This document shows positions 51,692-64,000 of a stretch of 64,000 nucleotides of DNA, piece after piece. The stretch spans positions 98,704,001 through 98,768,000 of the forward strand of contig OZ024740.1 of the NCBI GenBank assembly GCA_964016885.1, in the 5' to 3' direction. The first letter of the stretch is position 1, and each line of letters starts with the position of its first letter. The notes under the pieces are model-generated. The model made no database searches. It worked only from the letters and a program-made list of their open reading frames with translations, and had not been told where the DNA came from. The stretch comes from Eledone cirrhosa. Taxonomy: Eukaryota. A program made the position numbers and the translations under genes.

Positions 51692-52379
51692 TAATATATA
51701 AACCCATTCCCGGTGCAATTTGGATTGCGTTATTTAAGTTATGTGGTGATTGTGGCTAATTTATAGTGTGACAGTTGCTGTTGTTGTTCTTCTTCTTATT
51801 TATTTCCAGTTAAACCATGATCAAATAAAACCTGTGATCAAATGAAGTTCAGTTATGATTGTCTCATTCTCTTCCAACGTCTATGGAAAGTAGGACCCTA
51901 GTTGTATCCAATGTTTATTTTCTAAGACAGTAAGGTATGGTTTGGGAGAGATTTGGCTGTAAATCAAGAAAGTCAAATGGCCATGCAGAGGTGTGTGAGG
52001 CTTTCTTATTTACACATAAAGGAAAAAGGAATATGGCTGCCCTAGCACTAGGTAGTGGTTTTAGCCCTATAATGATTTTATATTTTTGTCCTTGTTCTCT
52101 AGTGAAATGGCTCAGCCATTTGGTCATATCTTGTGGTAATTGTCCAGCTCTCTGTACTCTGATTTCAAGTTCTACTGAGGTCATCTTAGCCTTTTATCCT
52201 TTTGTAAGAGCTTGATATAATAATGTACCCGTCCTTGACTAGGGAGAAGTAGAATTGATAGAGTGTTGGACAAAATGCCTTGCATATTTGTTCTGGCAAT
52301 TTGAGTTCTGAGTTCAGATTCCATCTACAGGTGCGAAGCTCACCAATGGCCAGGGGTAAACACCTGACAAAGGAACTGA

Positions 52380-52975
52380 ATATAAATGCTGCAATTAGTG
52401 GAGAAGCATTGTGGCTATTTACTATTCCATGATGATACATTTTCAGCATTATTAGGCAATTTTTCGAACCAGAATTCTATTATCTCTAGTCTGTATTGTT
52501 GTGGTATGATAGTTTACTATGGCAAAATATACAATAAAAGTGTCATTGTTTACGTGCTTAGGCAGGTGGATTAAGAGGTCCGGGCCATCTTTCAGAATTG
52601 GTTTCAGTAATATGTCTATAAAGTTACTAAGTCTGTGTGTTTCAAAATTTGGGCCCGTTACAATTGGTCTTAATTTAAGGTCATTCAGGTGTTTATACAG
52701 GTTGAAGTGGAATCATTATAGACATCATTGATCATTTTTCAGGAATCCATAAAGATTGCTAGCTTTTCAATCAAGAAGAGTTAAATAGTCACATTCGTGT
52801 TCGTCAAGCCTGTTTTATGTTGGCAGACGATTCCATTTAGTCTCCTCATTATGTTTGATTGCTGATATTTTTCTACCTTTTCATAATAGGTAGTGTCTTG
52901 TAGGACAGAGGATATAGATTTTGTATAGTGTTCAATCTTAACTATAATAAAGAAAGGAGTGCGGGACTGCATCCA
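52380..52975 (-). mobile_element. Decayed Penelope-like RT fragment
   Basis: Remnants LQDTTYY, SNLYG, DLKLRPIVTGPNFETHRLSNFIDILLKP and IPQQYRLEIIEFWFEK. Confidence 0.75.
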
Positions 52976-53499
52976 GAATATATTTTTTTACCCCGTTTGT
53001 AAAATAAGTTGGATTACTTTGAATAAATAATGAATGAATATTACATAATTTATCTACTAAATTTCGTAGCTGTTGATTAAATATATTTTATAACTTATTT
53101 AAAGATTCACTTATTTAAAATTGTCAAATGTCAACACTTCCGGTTAGCGGCCGTTATATTATAACACTTATAATCGCATATATTTCCGTCGCTAGTTTTC
53201 TCCTAATGGTGTTTATATATAATATCGTCTTTTTTTAATGTATCATGGATTACGTAACTGATTACAGAAGACAGTGTAACACAGTCTTCGTTCAATTGCT
53301 GTGTATATTGTCAATTACGATTTTATTTACATGCATATATATTTGTGTATAATATCAATATACATACTACACATGCTGGCAGAAAACGACCCGAAGGGTG
53401 GTTTTTCTGCTAGTATCCATAATGATAACAGTACTTTCCTTATGTCCTTCCTTAATTATAATCTGATTGTTCTTCAATTTATGGTTGATTTTCCATGCC

Positions 53500-56150
53500 A
53501 GGCTTTTTGAATGATTTCGTCTGAGGTACCCATCTTGTACGAACATTCTATAGGATCTTCCAATTTCCCTGGGAGAAATTAATATCAGGCCTTATTCCAT
53601 ATCCCTCCTCCAGAATAGTAGCTATCCTAATGATATTATTTCCTTTGTGCTCGGCGGTGGATTGCCAGTATTGGTAGAGTGTCGGATGCCATGCTTTGGC
53701 GCATAGAGTTACGGCCCTTGCCATTCTGAGTTCAAATCCCGCCGAGGTTAACTTTGCCTTTCATCCTTACGGTGTCGATAAAATAAAGTACCAGTAATAC
53801 ACTGGGTAATTGCTGGCCTTGTGCCTAACGTAGAAACAATTATTTCCTTTGTGCTCATAAACCTGGGCAAGATGGTTGCTGATTTTTTCTTCTGTTGAAG
53901 ATGTTGCTTCAGTTTTAATATCCGGCTCTCATATGATGTTAATATGGATTTTAGAGCCCGGTCACCTACCTTACACGAGACGTATAGCCTATCCACATCA
54001 TTATTGATGTTAAAGTTTCCAGTAACACTGAGAAGCTTGCAAGTTCTTACATCCATCTCACTTAGTTCTTGCAATGACCAGTTCAGCAGACCAAATATTG
54101 GTGTAAGTATTGGCACAGCATAAGTATTGTGAGCAATGTACTTGTTGTATGCTGATAGTTCTGATGACCATATTTTCTTTACTCTCCTGAGGTATTCAGT
54201 TTTGGTTCTCTCCTTATTTATGGGTCCATCATATCTGACATTCTCATTATGTCCAAGATATCAGAAGTTGTCACCTGACTGTAGAGGTTGTTATTTCAAG
54301 CCATTCATCTCTAGATTTCCAGAAGAGGGCACAGCCCTTCGACGTTTTACTGTGAAATATTCACGTTTGGACTAAACAAATTTCATTCTGATGTTGAGAG
54401 AAAGTTGTGTAATGAAGTATAATTACAGCAGCAACTATTGGTTGTGGGACTTTGGCTAACTGTAAAGCCTTAATCATCCACCCATGAGGTACATTATCAA
54501 AAGCCTTCTGATAGTCCAGCCACACTACAGTCATATTCCTGCGATTCTTTGCTGTTTTTTCTTGTATCGTTTTATTTGTTAGTAGGTGATCTATACAGCC
54601 CCATACCTCCTTCTTTCCACCAGCTTGCTCAGGTGTTATAATGTTGTTGGTGGCACAATGGTCCTGTAAGAACAGGTTAAGGCACCCAGTGTATAATTTA
54701 TACATGATATTCTGGCAGGCTATTGTACGGTAATTTTTAGCAAGGGAGGTCTGGCTATTTTGGGGGATGAGGAGAGTAGTGGCAGTTGATAACCATTGGG
54801 GCAGTTCTTCTGGCCTTTGATGGTGTCTCTAAACAGCCGTATGAGATCTTGCTGATAGAAGGGGAAATTCTTCAGTCAGTATCCTGTTATGAGGTATGAG
54901 CCTGGTGATTTCCTATTCGACATTTTCTGTAGAGCTGTTTCCAGTATTGACCCACCTATGTCATTTGTTTTGTCTGGACACGCTGTTCCTGTTCCAGTTC
55001 TTTTAGCCATTTAGTTTTTTTGTTAAATCTGTAATTCGTTTCCCATATAGATCTCCAGTAGCTCGCAACCGGTTCTTTTGTTGGGGCGTCATTTACAGAG
55101 ATTGAGCTTTTCCCATTGAAACTGATTTAGGATCTCTAGCAAATAATCTATTTAGAACTTAACATTTATGTGCCGTTGACTTATATTTTAGTCTTTCTGC
55201 AGCAGCTGTGAGGTGTTGTTTCAATAGGTGTAGTTTGGAGTTTAAAGTTTTAAATCTTGTATCTCCAAATCACTTCTCTATTTCTTTTTATTATGCCTGC
55301 CTGATGTCGTGTGAAGTTGCTCTCTATGTTGCATTTTATAACTGTAGTGATCTGTGAGATACTTCGTCTCAGGGACATTTTGTATTTTAAATTATGCATC
55401 CACGCTGGTTCAGGCATTCTGTTTGTATCTTGGCCGGATGGTTTTATATGTTTATGATAGGATAGCAATGTGATAGCTAAAACATATAACAAAATATTAA
55501 TGAATTCATATGTCGTTTCCACGCCTTTGGACCGTGTGGCCTTCAGATAATTGTCAGCTATTTCCTACATTGAAACTGATTCTGGTGTTGTATGGTCTAT
55601 TACTCACATTAAGGCTGTGTATCTCTTGAAACATGTCACCCCATATCACTTGTAAAGTGTCCACAAGTTTTTGGTGTTCTGTTTGTACAGTAGAGTTATG
55701 GATTTCAGCTACGTTGTTGGTGTGCTGTTTACTGTTAGATTTAGCTGACCATTCTCTCTGTTCATTAGTGGAAGTGGGATAGACTTCAGCTATGTTGTTG
55801 GTGAGCTGTCTACTGCTAGATTTAGCTGACTATTCTTTCTGTCCGTCAATGGAAGTGGAATGATTGTCTTCAATGGCTGTCTTTTTTATGCCACTCAGTT
55901 CCGTTAGATGTATTAATTTACATCTAATGATATGTTTTGCCTGTTCATTTAAATGTTTTTGGGAAAAGTCTAATTCTGGGTGTTTGGAGTTCCACAAACT
56001 TTTTAACCTCTGCATAAAACCGAACATTTTGCAGTCAGATTGTTTGTATGCTTCATATAAATCTTTGTTAAGATCGTAGCTCCATTGTATACAATGGTTG
56101 TAGTTGTGATTTGGTCGAAGGAGACTTATACATTTTGTCATGATGGGTTC
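53500..56150 (-). mobile_element. Degenerate R4/Dong-clade retrotransposon, copy 3
   Basis: N-terminus W..DLN.DLYEAY...GFMQRLK..W...HPEL; YRTIACQNIMYKLYTG; EQAGGKK..WGCIDHLLTNK; WLDYQKAFDNVPHGW; NDVDRLYV..K.G.R.L. Confidence 0.85.
53653..53838 (+). mobile_element. SINE family A with perfect 18-bp TSD, inserted in the R4 element
   Basis: ATTATTTCCTTTGTGCTC at 53635-53652 and 53839-53856. Confidence 0.95.
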
Positions 56151-56649
56151 GTCTATTCACTGATATTTTGCATTTATTTTTCGAAATAGACGATGATCTT
56201 CTTTAAAAGTTTCGACAAAGTTTTGTCAGAATTAAATTTAAAGTTGTTCACAGTTTGGGTACTATTTCCTTTCAGCTAGATTTTAATTCTACAATTGTAT
56301 TTTAAACTTTCATATTTAACTTTTTCTTTTTGGTTTTGGTTTTTTTCTAGGTAAATCGTTTTGTAACGTTACATAGTATATTTCTTTGTGAATGTAACGC
56401 TTTATTTATATGTTAAAATCTATGTAACGTTTATATCTTAAAATCTATGTATCATTCATATAAATAGATGTGTTGCAATATATTTACAGTTCAAACACAT
56501 GTAGAAATATTGTATGTAATCTTACCACAATATGTAGCTCAACATTTCCAATATACAGTATGTTGCCTTTATATAAGCAGTAATTACATACGTCCGATCA
56601 CCGGACTGACCACAACGGTCACCATGTATGTATGTATGTATGTATGTAT

Positions 56650-57590
56650 GTATGTATGTTCAACATCAGACAGTTCAGAACAGTCTCTTTTCCTTACCTT
56701 CCTTTTCAGTGTAAGGTGTTCTCTCTGAGGGGTTTGAAAGTGTTCACTTCCTGACTTGATCAAACGTCTTCACTTCACGTGCTCCTCAACCATTTTCTCC
56801 CATTCAGATGAAATTCCAGCACAAGCCAAGGTACCCCTGACACAGTCCCGGTACGACATTTTTAGTTTTTGTGGTGGTCGGCTTCCTTCACTTTGTGAAT
56901 GCAATCATCAGACATCCAGACCACGTGTCCACACCACCCCAACTTATGCCGAAAGATAATGCTCTATATTGTCATGTACCTGCTCCGTTCGAGAACTTCC
57001 AAATCAATGGTGAACATTTTCCATCGTACCTCAAGTAACTTGCGAAGAGATTGTTGGTAAAATCTCTTCAGTTCCTTGAGGTGCTTTCTGCATGTGACCT
57101 ACGTTTCACAAGCATAAAGCAAAGAGGTGACAACACAAGTCAGATACACTTTTACCTCGGTTACGATAGTGATACCTCATCATGTAGCTTTCTGAAAGCA
57201 TCACTGGCTTTCTTGATTCTTAAGGATATTTCATCATCAAGTGTGCATGAATTGTTCAGCGTACTACCAAGGTAAATAAACTTGTCAGCAACTGAGTAAA
57301 GCTCGTTTGACTAGACACGAACAAAGTCATATCAGTAGACCTCATGTAGAATATGATCTGAAAAGGTGTAAGGAATGTGCAAGGAATGTGCTAGCATGGA
57401 GGTCTTAAAAGATACATGAGAACACGCAGCAAGAACAAAGCAATGGAAAGTCCTGGAGGAGCCTACAGTTGCTATGTATGTGCCAGAGGATGCTCGTCTT
57501 TAAAGAGCAACATCCGTACCGCACATTATTTAGCATTTTATCGGATGATGGCAATGCTCGAACACGACTTTGCAGCCATCATGTTGTATA
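56650..57590. mobile_element. RTE LINE insertion with 5' inversion (56650-57350 on -, 57360-57590 on +)
   Basis: Minus segment: VADKFIYLGSTLNNSCTLDDEISLRIKKAS ... LKRKVRK. Plus segment: two C2H2-like remnants (GGLKRYMRT; CYVCARGCSS-LKSNIRTAH), then 3' UTR and a (TATG)-like tail. Confidence 0.7.
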
Positions 57591-57863
57591 TATGTATGTA
57601 TAATCCCAATATGTCTAACTAGACACATATGTGCTTTCTCTTCAAATATTTGTTTTTATGTTTCTTCTTTTTCTCACTCTGATCAATCTTTCTTCCTTTA
57701 TGCCTCATTCTATCTTCTAATGAAATTATATACGAAACGTTAAGACTCTTTTCTTACTATATAAGCTATTCATGTAATATATATCTTCATTGTACCTGCC
57801 TTGTTCATCCTCTTGTTTTACACCCCCCCCCCCATATATATATATATATAGAGAGAGAGAGCG

Positions 57864-57896
<33 letters not shown>

Positions 57897-59672
57897 GAGA
57901 TATGGAGATGGGGTGGAATGTCTATCTGTATGTATGCATATATATTTATACAAAGTAAAAGAAGGTGATAGAGTGACAAAATTAGGTAGAGGGATTTGCA
58001 GAAAATTAAAGAGAGAGATTAGTTGGGGAAGAAAGGAAAAATGTCTAATTTCTACTCATTCTTAAGAAATACACTATTTACCGATTTTCTTTTACTTTTT
58101 TCTGTAAATATTTACACAAAAACAATGACATTTATAATTTAGTTTTATTTTCTTCTCGAAAAAGAAACATATTTTTGGTTTGTTCTAAAATGAAAAACAT
58201 CATAACTGATACATAATTGGAATAAAATAAAATGTTTAAAAAAATTAATATCCTAGAAATATTTATTTTGAATTCATAAGAAAGTTTTGTAAATTCTGTA
58301 CATACAACAATATTTTACATCTCATTATTTCAAATCATCAAGTTTCTTATAAGCACACAAACATATTTCAAACACATCATCATCAACCAACAACAGTACC
58401 ATATGGTTACAATTCCCCTTCACCCATTGCAGCTTCCATAATCGGTTGTGCTCCTATAGTTTGGTGATTAGACTTAGGTGAGGCATTGGGATTTGAATTC
58501 CTGAGTTGGAATAGATACTGCAAAGTATTTTTTCCAATGTTTTAACAGTTCTTTATTTCACCAATCCATTTTCCTTCTGTATTTACTGATTCCAGAAAGA
58601 CAAACATGATTTGTACTCAGAGTGAAGAGAGTCAGAACAAATACAACAAAACATAATTTACAATACCTTAATGACCCAACCAATTTGCTACCTGTAAACA
58701 ATGAGAACACAGGAGACAATAAAGCAGACCCTACATTACCTGCATTGAATAGGAATCTTATTATCCAACAAATCACATCATAAAGTCTTTATAAAGAACT
58801 AAAGAACACATTGACCAATGTAGTCTAGATATTCAATAAATAGAAAGATCATGCCTAGAATGTTTATTCATAAGTCTGCATAATCATGATGGTATGGTTA
58901 AAATAAGAGCAACAAAAACATAAGTAATAACAACAGCAGCAACAACATCAACATTGACAACATAAATATACAATGAATTGGTAATGTTTTCATTCTGATT
59001 GCATTATTTCAACAGAATTCTATATCATAAGTTTTACCCTTATTCCATTAACACATTTAATACCAAACTACACACATTTGATCCTGGTTGATCACCATCA
59101 TCATCATCATCGTTTAACGTCCATCTTCCATGCTAGCATGGGCTAGACGGGTTCTATGATATAAAATTATTTGTTTGAATGTTTTATATTTATATGAAAA
59201 CATTCCATGATAATTTATGTACAAACATTTATTAAGCTGTGTCCCAAACGCCAAATGGGAAAGATAGTTATATTATTGAATCCCTACAAATTCTTGACAA
59301 TATCTAAAATATCTATTATTAGAGGTATGATAATGAAAGAGTTAAGCCAGCATGGCCAATTGCTATAAACATGATAGCTAAATATAATCATATCAAACTC
59401 AACCATCTTCTCAAAAGAGAAAGCCACACGAAATAATGTAATACTAGATACACAATGTTGGGAAACATTGATGGAATTGTGATGATCAGCTCAATCAAGG
59501 TTTGCCTTGGGCCAGATAACAACAATATAAATAGTTGAATTTACATCATCACCATCATCATCATTATCAATTGTCGTACTCTGTCAGTACTTTAGCAACA
59601 ACAATGGTGGTTGTTGAGGAAACATTTAGTGTGATTTGTCCCTAAAACCCTTCTCACAGTGCAATGAAGTTG

Positions 59673-59708
<36 letters not shown>

Positions 59709-60579
59709 ATGAAAGGGCAGGCAGACAAACACAGAAGGGAATTATTGTAGTACTTGATTGGTACTGAAACAAACACCATAATAATTGAACAATTCTGCCC
59801 ATCAGCATCAACAAATTGTATATATATAATATACAACTTTAAAAAGGTTGTTTTATCTAATGTAAGTAAAACCAAAAATGTTATGCATGCAAGCAAGACA
59901 TGGCCCCCAATCCATTTAAACGGACAGTAACACTGATTAAGTAATCATGCTGTCTGTTAAAACTGATCTAAACCATGTTAACATAGAAAAGTACATTCTG
60001 AGTTTAAATCTTAACATGGTTAACTTTACCTTTTATCCTTCTAGGGTTCATAAATAGTCAGTCTAGGAAATTGGACATGGGAAGTTTGTTTGAGCATCAG
60101 ATAGGATGTGTTGCAGCATTTGGTTTGGGTATTTGCATCATGAGTTCAAATCTCACCAGAACTTAGATCTATTGTAAATTTATTCAGTTGTGCAATTTAA
60201 TACTACCACATTGACTTTGGCTGTCTTTTCCATTTTACTGCAAACCTTTGGGCTAAGTCTCCAGCTGTGAATGCATCCTTCCTCCCACTAGTATTTGAGA
60301 CCTTTGGAAGATATCATAGGCATGGCTTTTCTTCCTGACTATTTAAAAAAAAGAAATACAAAATGTGTATTTTGTTATGTAATCAAGTGTTGTATGATTT
60401 GGTTGTAATTTTGACACTTAAGAAAAATCAAATGTAGTGTGTAAGATGTAAGAGAGAAGATTGCATTGGTGCATATATGTATATGGATGATAGCCTTTAA
60501 TTGAAGAAGTGCAAAGGAAGCTGCAGAAGAGGAACGCTAAGAAAGACCAAGGCAGAAGTAATGAGACCTGATTTTAAGT

Positions 60580-60960
60580 AATTGTTTCTACTTTTGGCAC
60601 AAGGCCAGACATTATCTCAGTGTATTACTGGTACTTTATTTTATCGACCCCGTAAGGATGAAAGGCAAAGTTAACCTCGGCGGGATTTGAACTCAGACCA
60701 TAAAGGGCCGTAACTCTTTGCTGCCAAGCATGGCGTCCGACCCTCTACCGATACTGACAATCCACTGACATAATAAAATAATTGTTTCTACTTTAGGCAC
60801 AAGGCCAGCAATTACCCAGTGCATTACTGGTACTTTATTTTATCGACCCCGTAAGGTTGAAAGGCAAAGTCAACCTCGGCGGGATTTGAACTCAGATCGT
60901 AAAGGGACGTAACTATGCTGGAAAGCATGGTGTCCGACCCTCTACCGATACTGCCAATCC
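60580..60960 (-). mobile_element. Two tandem family A SINEs (60580-60766 and 60780-60960)
   Basis: Two consecutive consensus matches. Confidence 0.92.
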
Positions 60961-61039
60961 ATGACAGGTGGATGTAAGTTGTGCTAGAGAAGACCTGTCC
61001 AACCAATTGCAAGCAATGAAAGGCAGTCATAAATAATTT

Positions 61040-61293
<254 letters not shown>

Positions 61294-61799
61294 TTATACA
61301 CTCTCCTGAAAGCAAATGTTACTACTTCTATAGTTAAGTGTAGGTTTTATAAGCATTACTTCTCTGACGCTACTACAGAATGAAGTAGAATAGAAAAAAA
61401 GCATTAAAAAATGAAAGATTTATTTTAAAAAATTTTGCAAATAACCAAATTTTGAACAACCACATCAGACGTTCTCGTTGAGAGGAATGGAAGAAATCAC
61501 TAGATAAGGAAAAGAGAAAATTTGCCAAAAAGAAAAAAAATAAATTAAATTAAATGAAAATTAAAATAAATGAATAAATTAATGAAATAAATACAAAGTT
61601 ATTTAGTTAATAAAAAAAAAAAATTAAAATATATATTTATTGAATTAAAGTCAGTGACACACCTGTTGTAAAATTAAATTCTAATATTAAACTTGTTTAT
61701 ATTAAGAACTCTTCAAAGTTATTTTATTTTATAGCAAACAAGATCTACTTGTATATCTATTTGTATATATAAGAACATATTTATACTTTACTGTGTGTA

Positions 61800-63479
61800 T
61801 TTGAGACGCAATTGCTAATACCAATATTATTCTCCTCCAGTGTCTTTTTCAGCAGTTCGCACATCCCATTTCCGGTGGAATCCGAGGTGTTCACAACTGC
61901 GATTAGTCTTTCATAAATCTGATTTTCAAAGACGTATCGAAGAATTATGGAGCATTGGTCTTTCACTGAAACATCTTGGGTTGTATCCAGTTGAACCGAA
62001 ACCATGCCAGCTTGGCGAACTTCATCAACAATAACACTTTTAATCAGGGAAGAATTGGCCATAATGACAAGATTAAATGTTGTCTTTGAAATCAGAGTCA
62101 AAGAGCTACCACGACCTTTACTGCCTGCGGCATGTGCTTTCTTACTCTGTTTGATCACCTCTTCCAGATGATCTTTTAGGAGGATGTCATACTTACTGAG
62201 AAGCAAAACAAGTTCTAAAAAGGTGCCGTGATCAAGAATAGGATAATTTTTTCTTTGCTCAGGCTTTTCTCTTTAGCAAATTCCCTTTCTTTTACAAGTT
62301 TGCGTTTGCGATACTGAGCACCAGATGGTCGTTTACTATCTGCCATGCTAAAAAAAATAATAGTTTAGTGCAATATGATATACTAAAAAATAACATGTCC
62401 TTATTCCTATCCTCATCCCTAAAAGAATTATTTATATCTGAAAAAAAGAATTATTTTTTAACAAATGATTATTAAGCTATATTAATTTAAATTATATTAT
62501 TTTATATATATTAAATAAAAATTTCAATATGGTAAATTATAATACAAAAAATATAGTACATGAACTTTTAAAAGTTCATTTCACATATCAATACATTTAT
62601 AGAAAATTGCCATTGTAGTGAATGAGCCATAACATCCAATATAGTATATTAGCCAGTATAGAAAATGCGTGGTTTTGGTTATTTTACTATCTTGTTTGAC
62701 TCCAAATTAGAAATAGTATCAAAAGGCTTTAGGCTGCGTTAAACGTTAATTGTATTGGAACAACAATATCTAGTCAAAGTATTTTTGAACATATATTTAT
62801 TGTATGAACGTATTCGCCAAGTGTGATTACAGATGTCATCAAAGAAATACATATTTGTGTGGTAAAGTTTATAAGGTGTAAGCGTAGGATACAAGATTAC
62901 ATTAGTTAGTTGTTGACAGTTTGTAGACGTAGTATTTTCTGTATGAATGTTACATAGAGATTTGTTGGGTTATAGTCGAAACAAAGTCGTTCGGTGAGGA
63001 CAACAGATTATCCCGTGTTCTCGTTTGAGAACTATCTGTTGAACGAAATACGTGTTGGGAACGACTAATATGTGTGTCTTCCAGTGTTAAGACTTTCTGT
63101 TGCACTGAAGATCCGCGCCTGGTCGCGATTGGTCAGTTTGTCAGTAAGGTCAATCAGTGTGAAAATCAGCAGCAACCAATATTCCGAGAATTCGCAAGTA
63201 GTCAGTTTCTACGAATTCGAAGGAGAATTTATGTACGCTACCTTTTTCCGAGAATTCGAAAGCATCAGTTTCTACGAATTCGAGGGGGAATTTATGTACG
63301 CTACACATTAAAACAAAATAAGTTATTATTGTAATTTTTAATAAAAATAACTATTGTAAATAACTTTTTAATAATTATTATATCATAACACGTTTTTCAT
63401 TTGTAGTATTTTTTTGCGCCCTCTAAATCCTGCGCCTTAGGCAAGCGCCTAGTTCGCCTAACAATAGCGCCCGGCCCTA
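61800..63479 (-). mobile_element. Truncated, internally deleted hAT DNA transposon (Tip100/ZMYM1-like transposase fragment)
   Basis: Terminus TAGGGCCGG at 63479; ATG at 62346 gives MADSKRPSGAQYRKRK; then HGTFLELVLLLSKYD..L..HL, SVQLDTTQDVSVKDQCSIILRYV..ERL. No second terminal inverted repeat (TIR) seen. Confidence 0.85.
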
Positions 63480-63589
63480 CCAATGACCATGCTACACAAC
63501 ATAGTACTAACATTCTTCGGCATGCAGGCAGGCCGGCCAAACTGCAAGCTGCAGTGACAGTGACCAAATATTGTTAAAAACTTTCGCAG

Positions 63590-63659
63590 CAGCACTGGCC
63601 CCCTGGCACACCGCCGTTCTGGCATTTGCCCGGTTGCTCGATAGGCCAATCCGTCAGTG
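63590..63659. mobile_element. Terminal remnant of a second hAT-like element
   Basis: GCCGTTCTGGCATTTGCC.G.TTGC.CGATAGGCCAATCCGTCAGTG resembles hAT subterminal/TIR sequence recalled from memory. Confidence 0.4.
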
Positions 63660-63691
63660 AGCATCAGTGACATGTATATATATATATATAT

Positions 63692-64000
63692 ATCATCATC
63701 ATCATCATCATCATCATCATTTTACGTCCGCTCTTCCCTGCTTGCAAGGGTGGGAAGGGTCCGATTAAGCACCGCCTCCCTATTCGTCACGGTCCTTTGT
63801 CATCTCCTCCATGAGCATCAGCGAGCCGAGGTCAGCTCTCACCACCTCCACCAATGATTTCCGTGGTTTTCATCTACTGCATCTTCCTTCTAATGGAATT
63901 TCTTGGCACTTCTTTACCCAGCAGTCATCCTCCATGCACATCACCTGTCCTTACCAACGCAGCCTTCTCTCCCACACACTACAGCCTGTCCCTCTTATAC
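63692..64000 (-). mobile_element. RTE LINE 3' end with (GAT)n tail; related to 34218-34415
   Basis: Minus strand RLRW.GQVMCMEDDCWVKKCQE...GCSR.KPRK.L.EVVRADL, then CCCACCCTTGCAAGCAGGGAAGAGCGGACGTAAAA-(TGA)n. Confidence 0.85.

Noticed and set aside
61781-62206. Domesticated ZMYM1-like host gene
   Set aside because: It is fragmentary, frameshifted relative to its ATG, lacks the catalytic C-terminus and lies next to a transposon terminus.

Overview
This is AT-rich eukaryotic DNA, densely packed with repeats. The SINE, RTE and R4 repertoire and the abundant (TA)n/(CAT)n tracts suggest an octopus or other coleoid cephalopod; this is an inference, not a database result. No intact host gene is recognisable. 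The window holds decayed R4/Dong-type RLE retrotransposons (1-4530 and 53.5-56.2 kb, plus fragments), many RTE-LINE fragments, two tRNA-derived SINE families, non-autonomous Helitrons, a TTAA-flanked MITE family and a truncated hAT element. It also holds a near-complete, frameshifted Penelope-like element (Naiad-like, RT plus GIY-YIG, 43.2-47.0 kb) bounded by (TA)n tracts. The most striking signal is a set of short non-coding modules next to (TA)n microsatellites that form long fold-back palindromes (perfect arms of 256, 171 and 101 bp, plus shorter imperfect ones). Each carries a minimal hammerhead-ribozyme-like motif, some with a compensatory U3-A8 core. Most are clustered at 21.3-23.75 kb. 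I interpret them as non-autonomous, ribozyme-bearing Penelope-derived elements that target (TA)n; a fold-back assembly artefact needs to be excluded.
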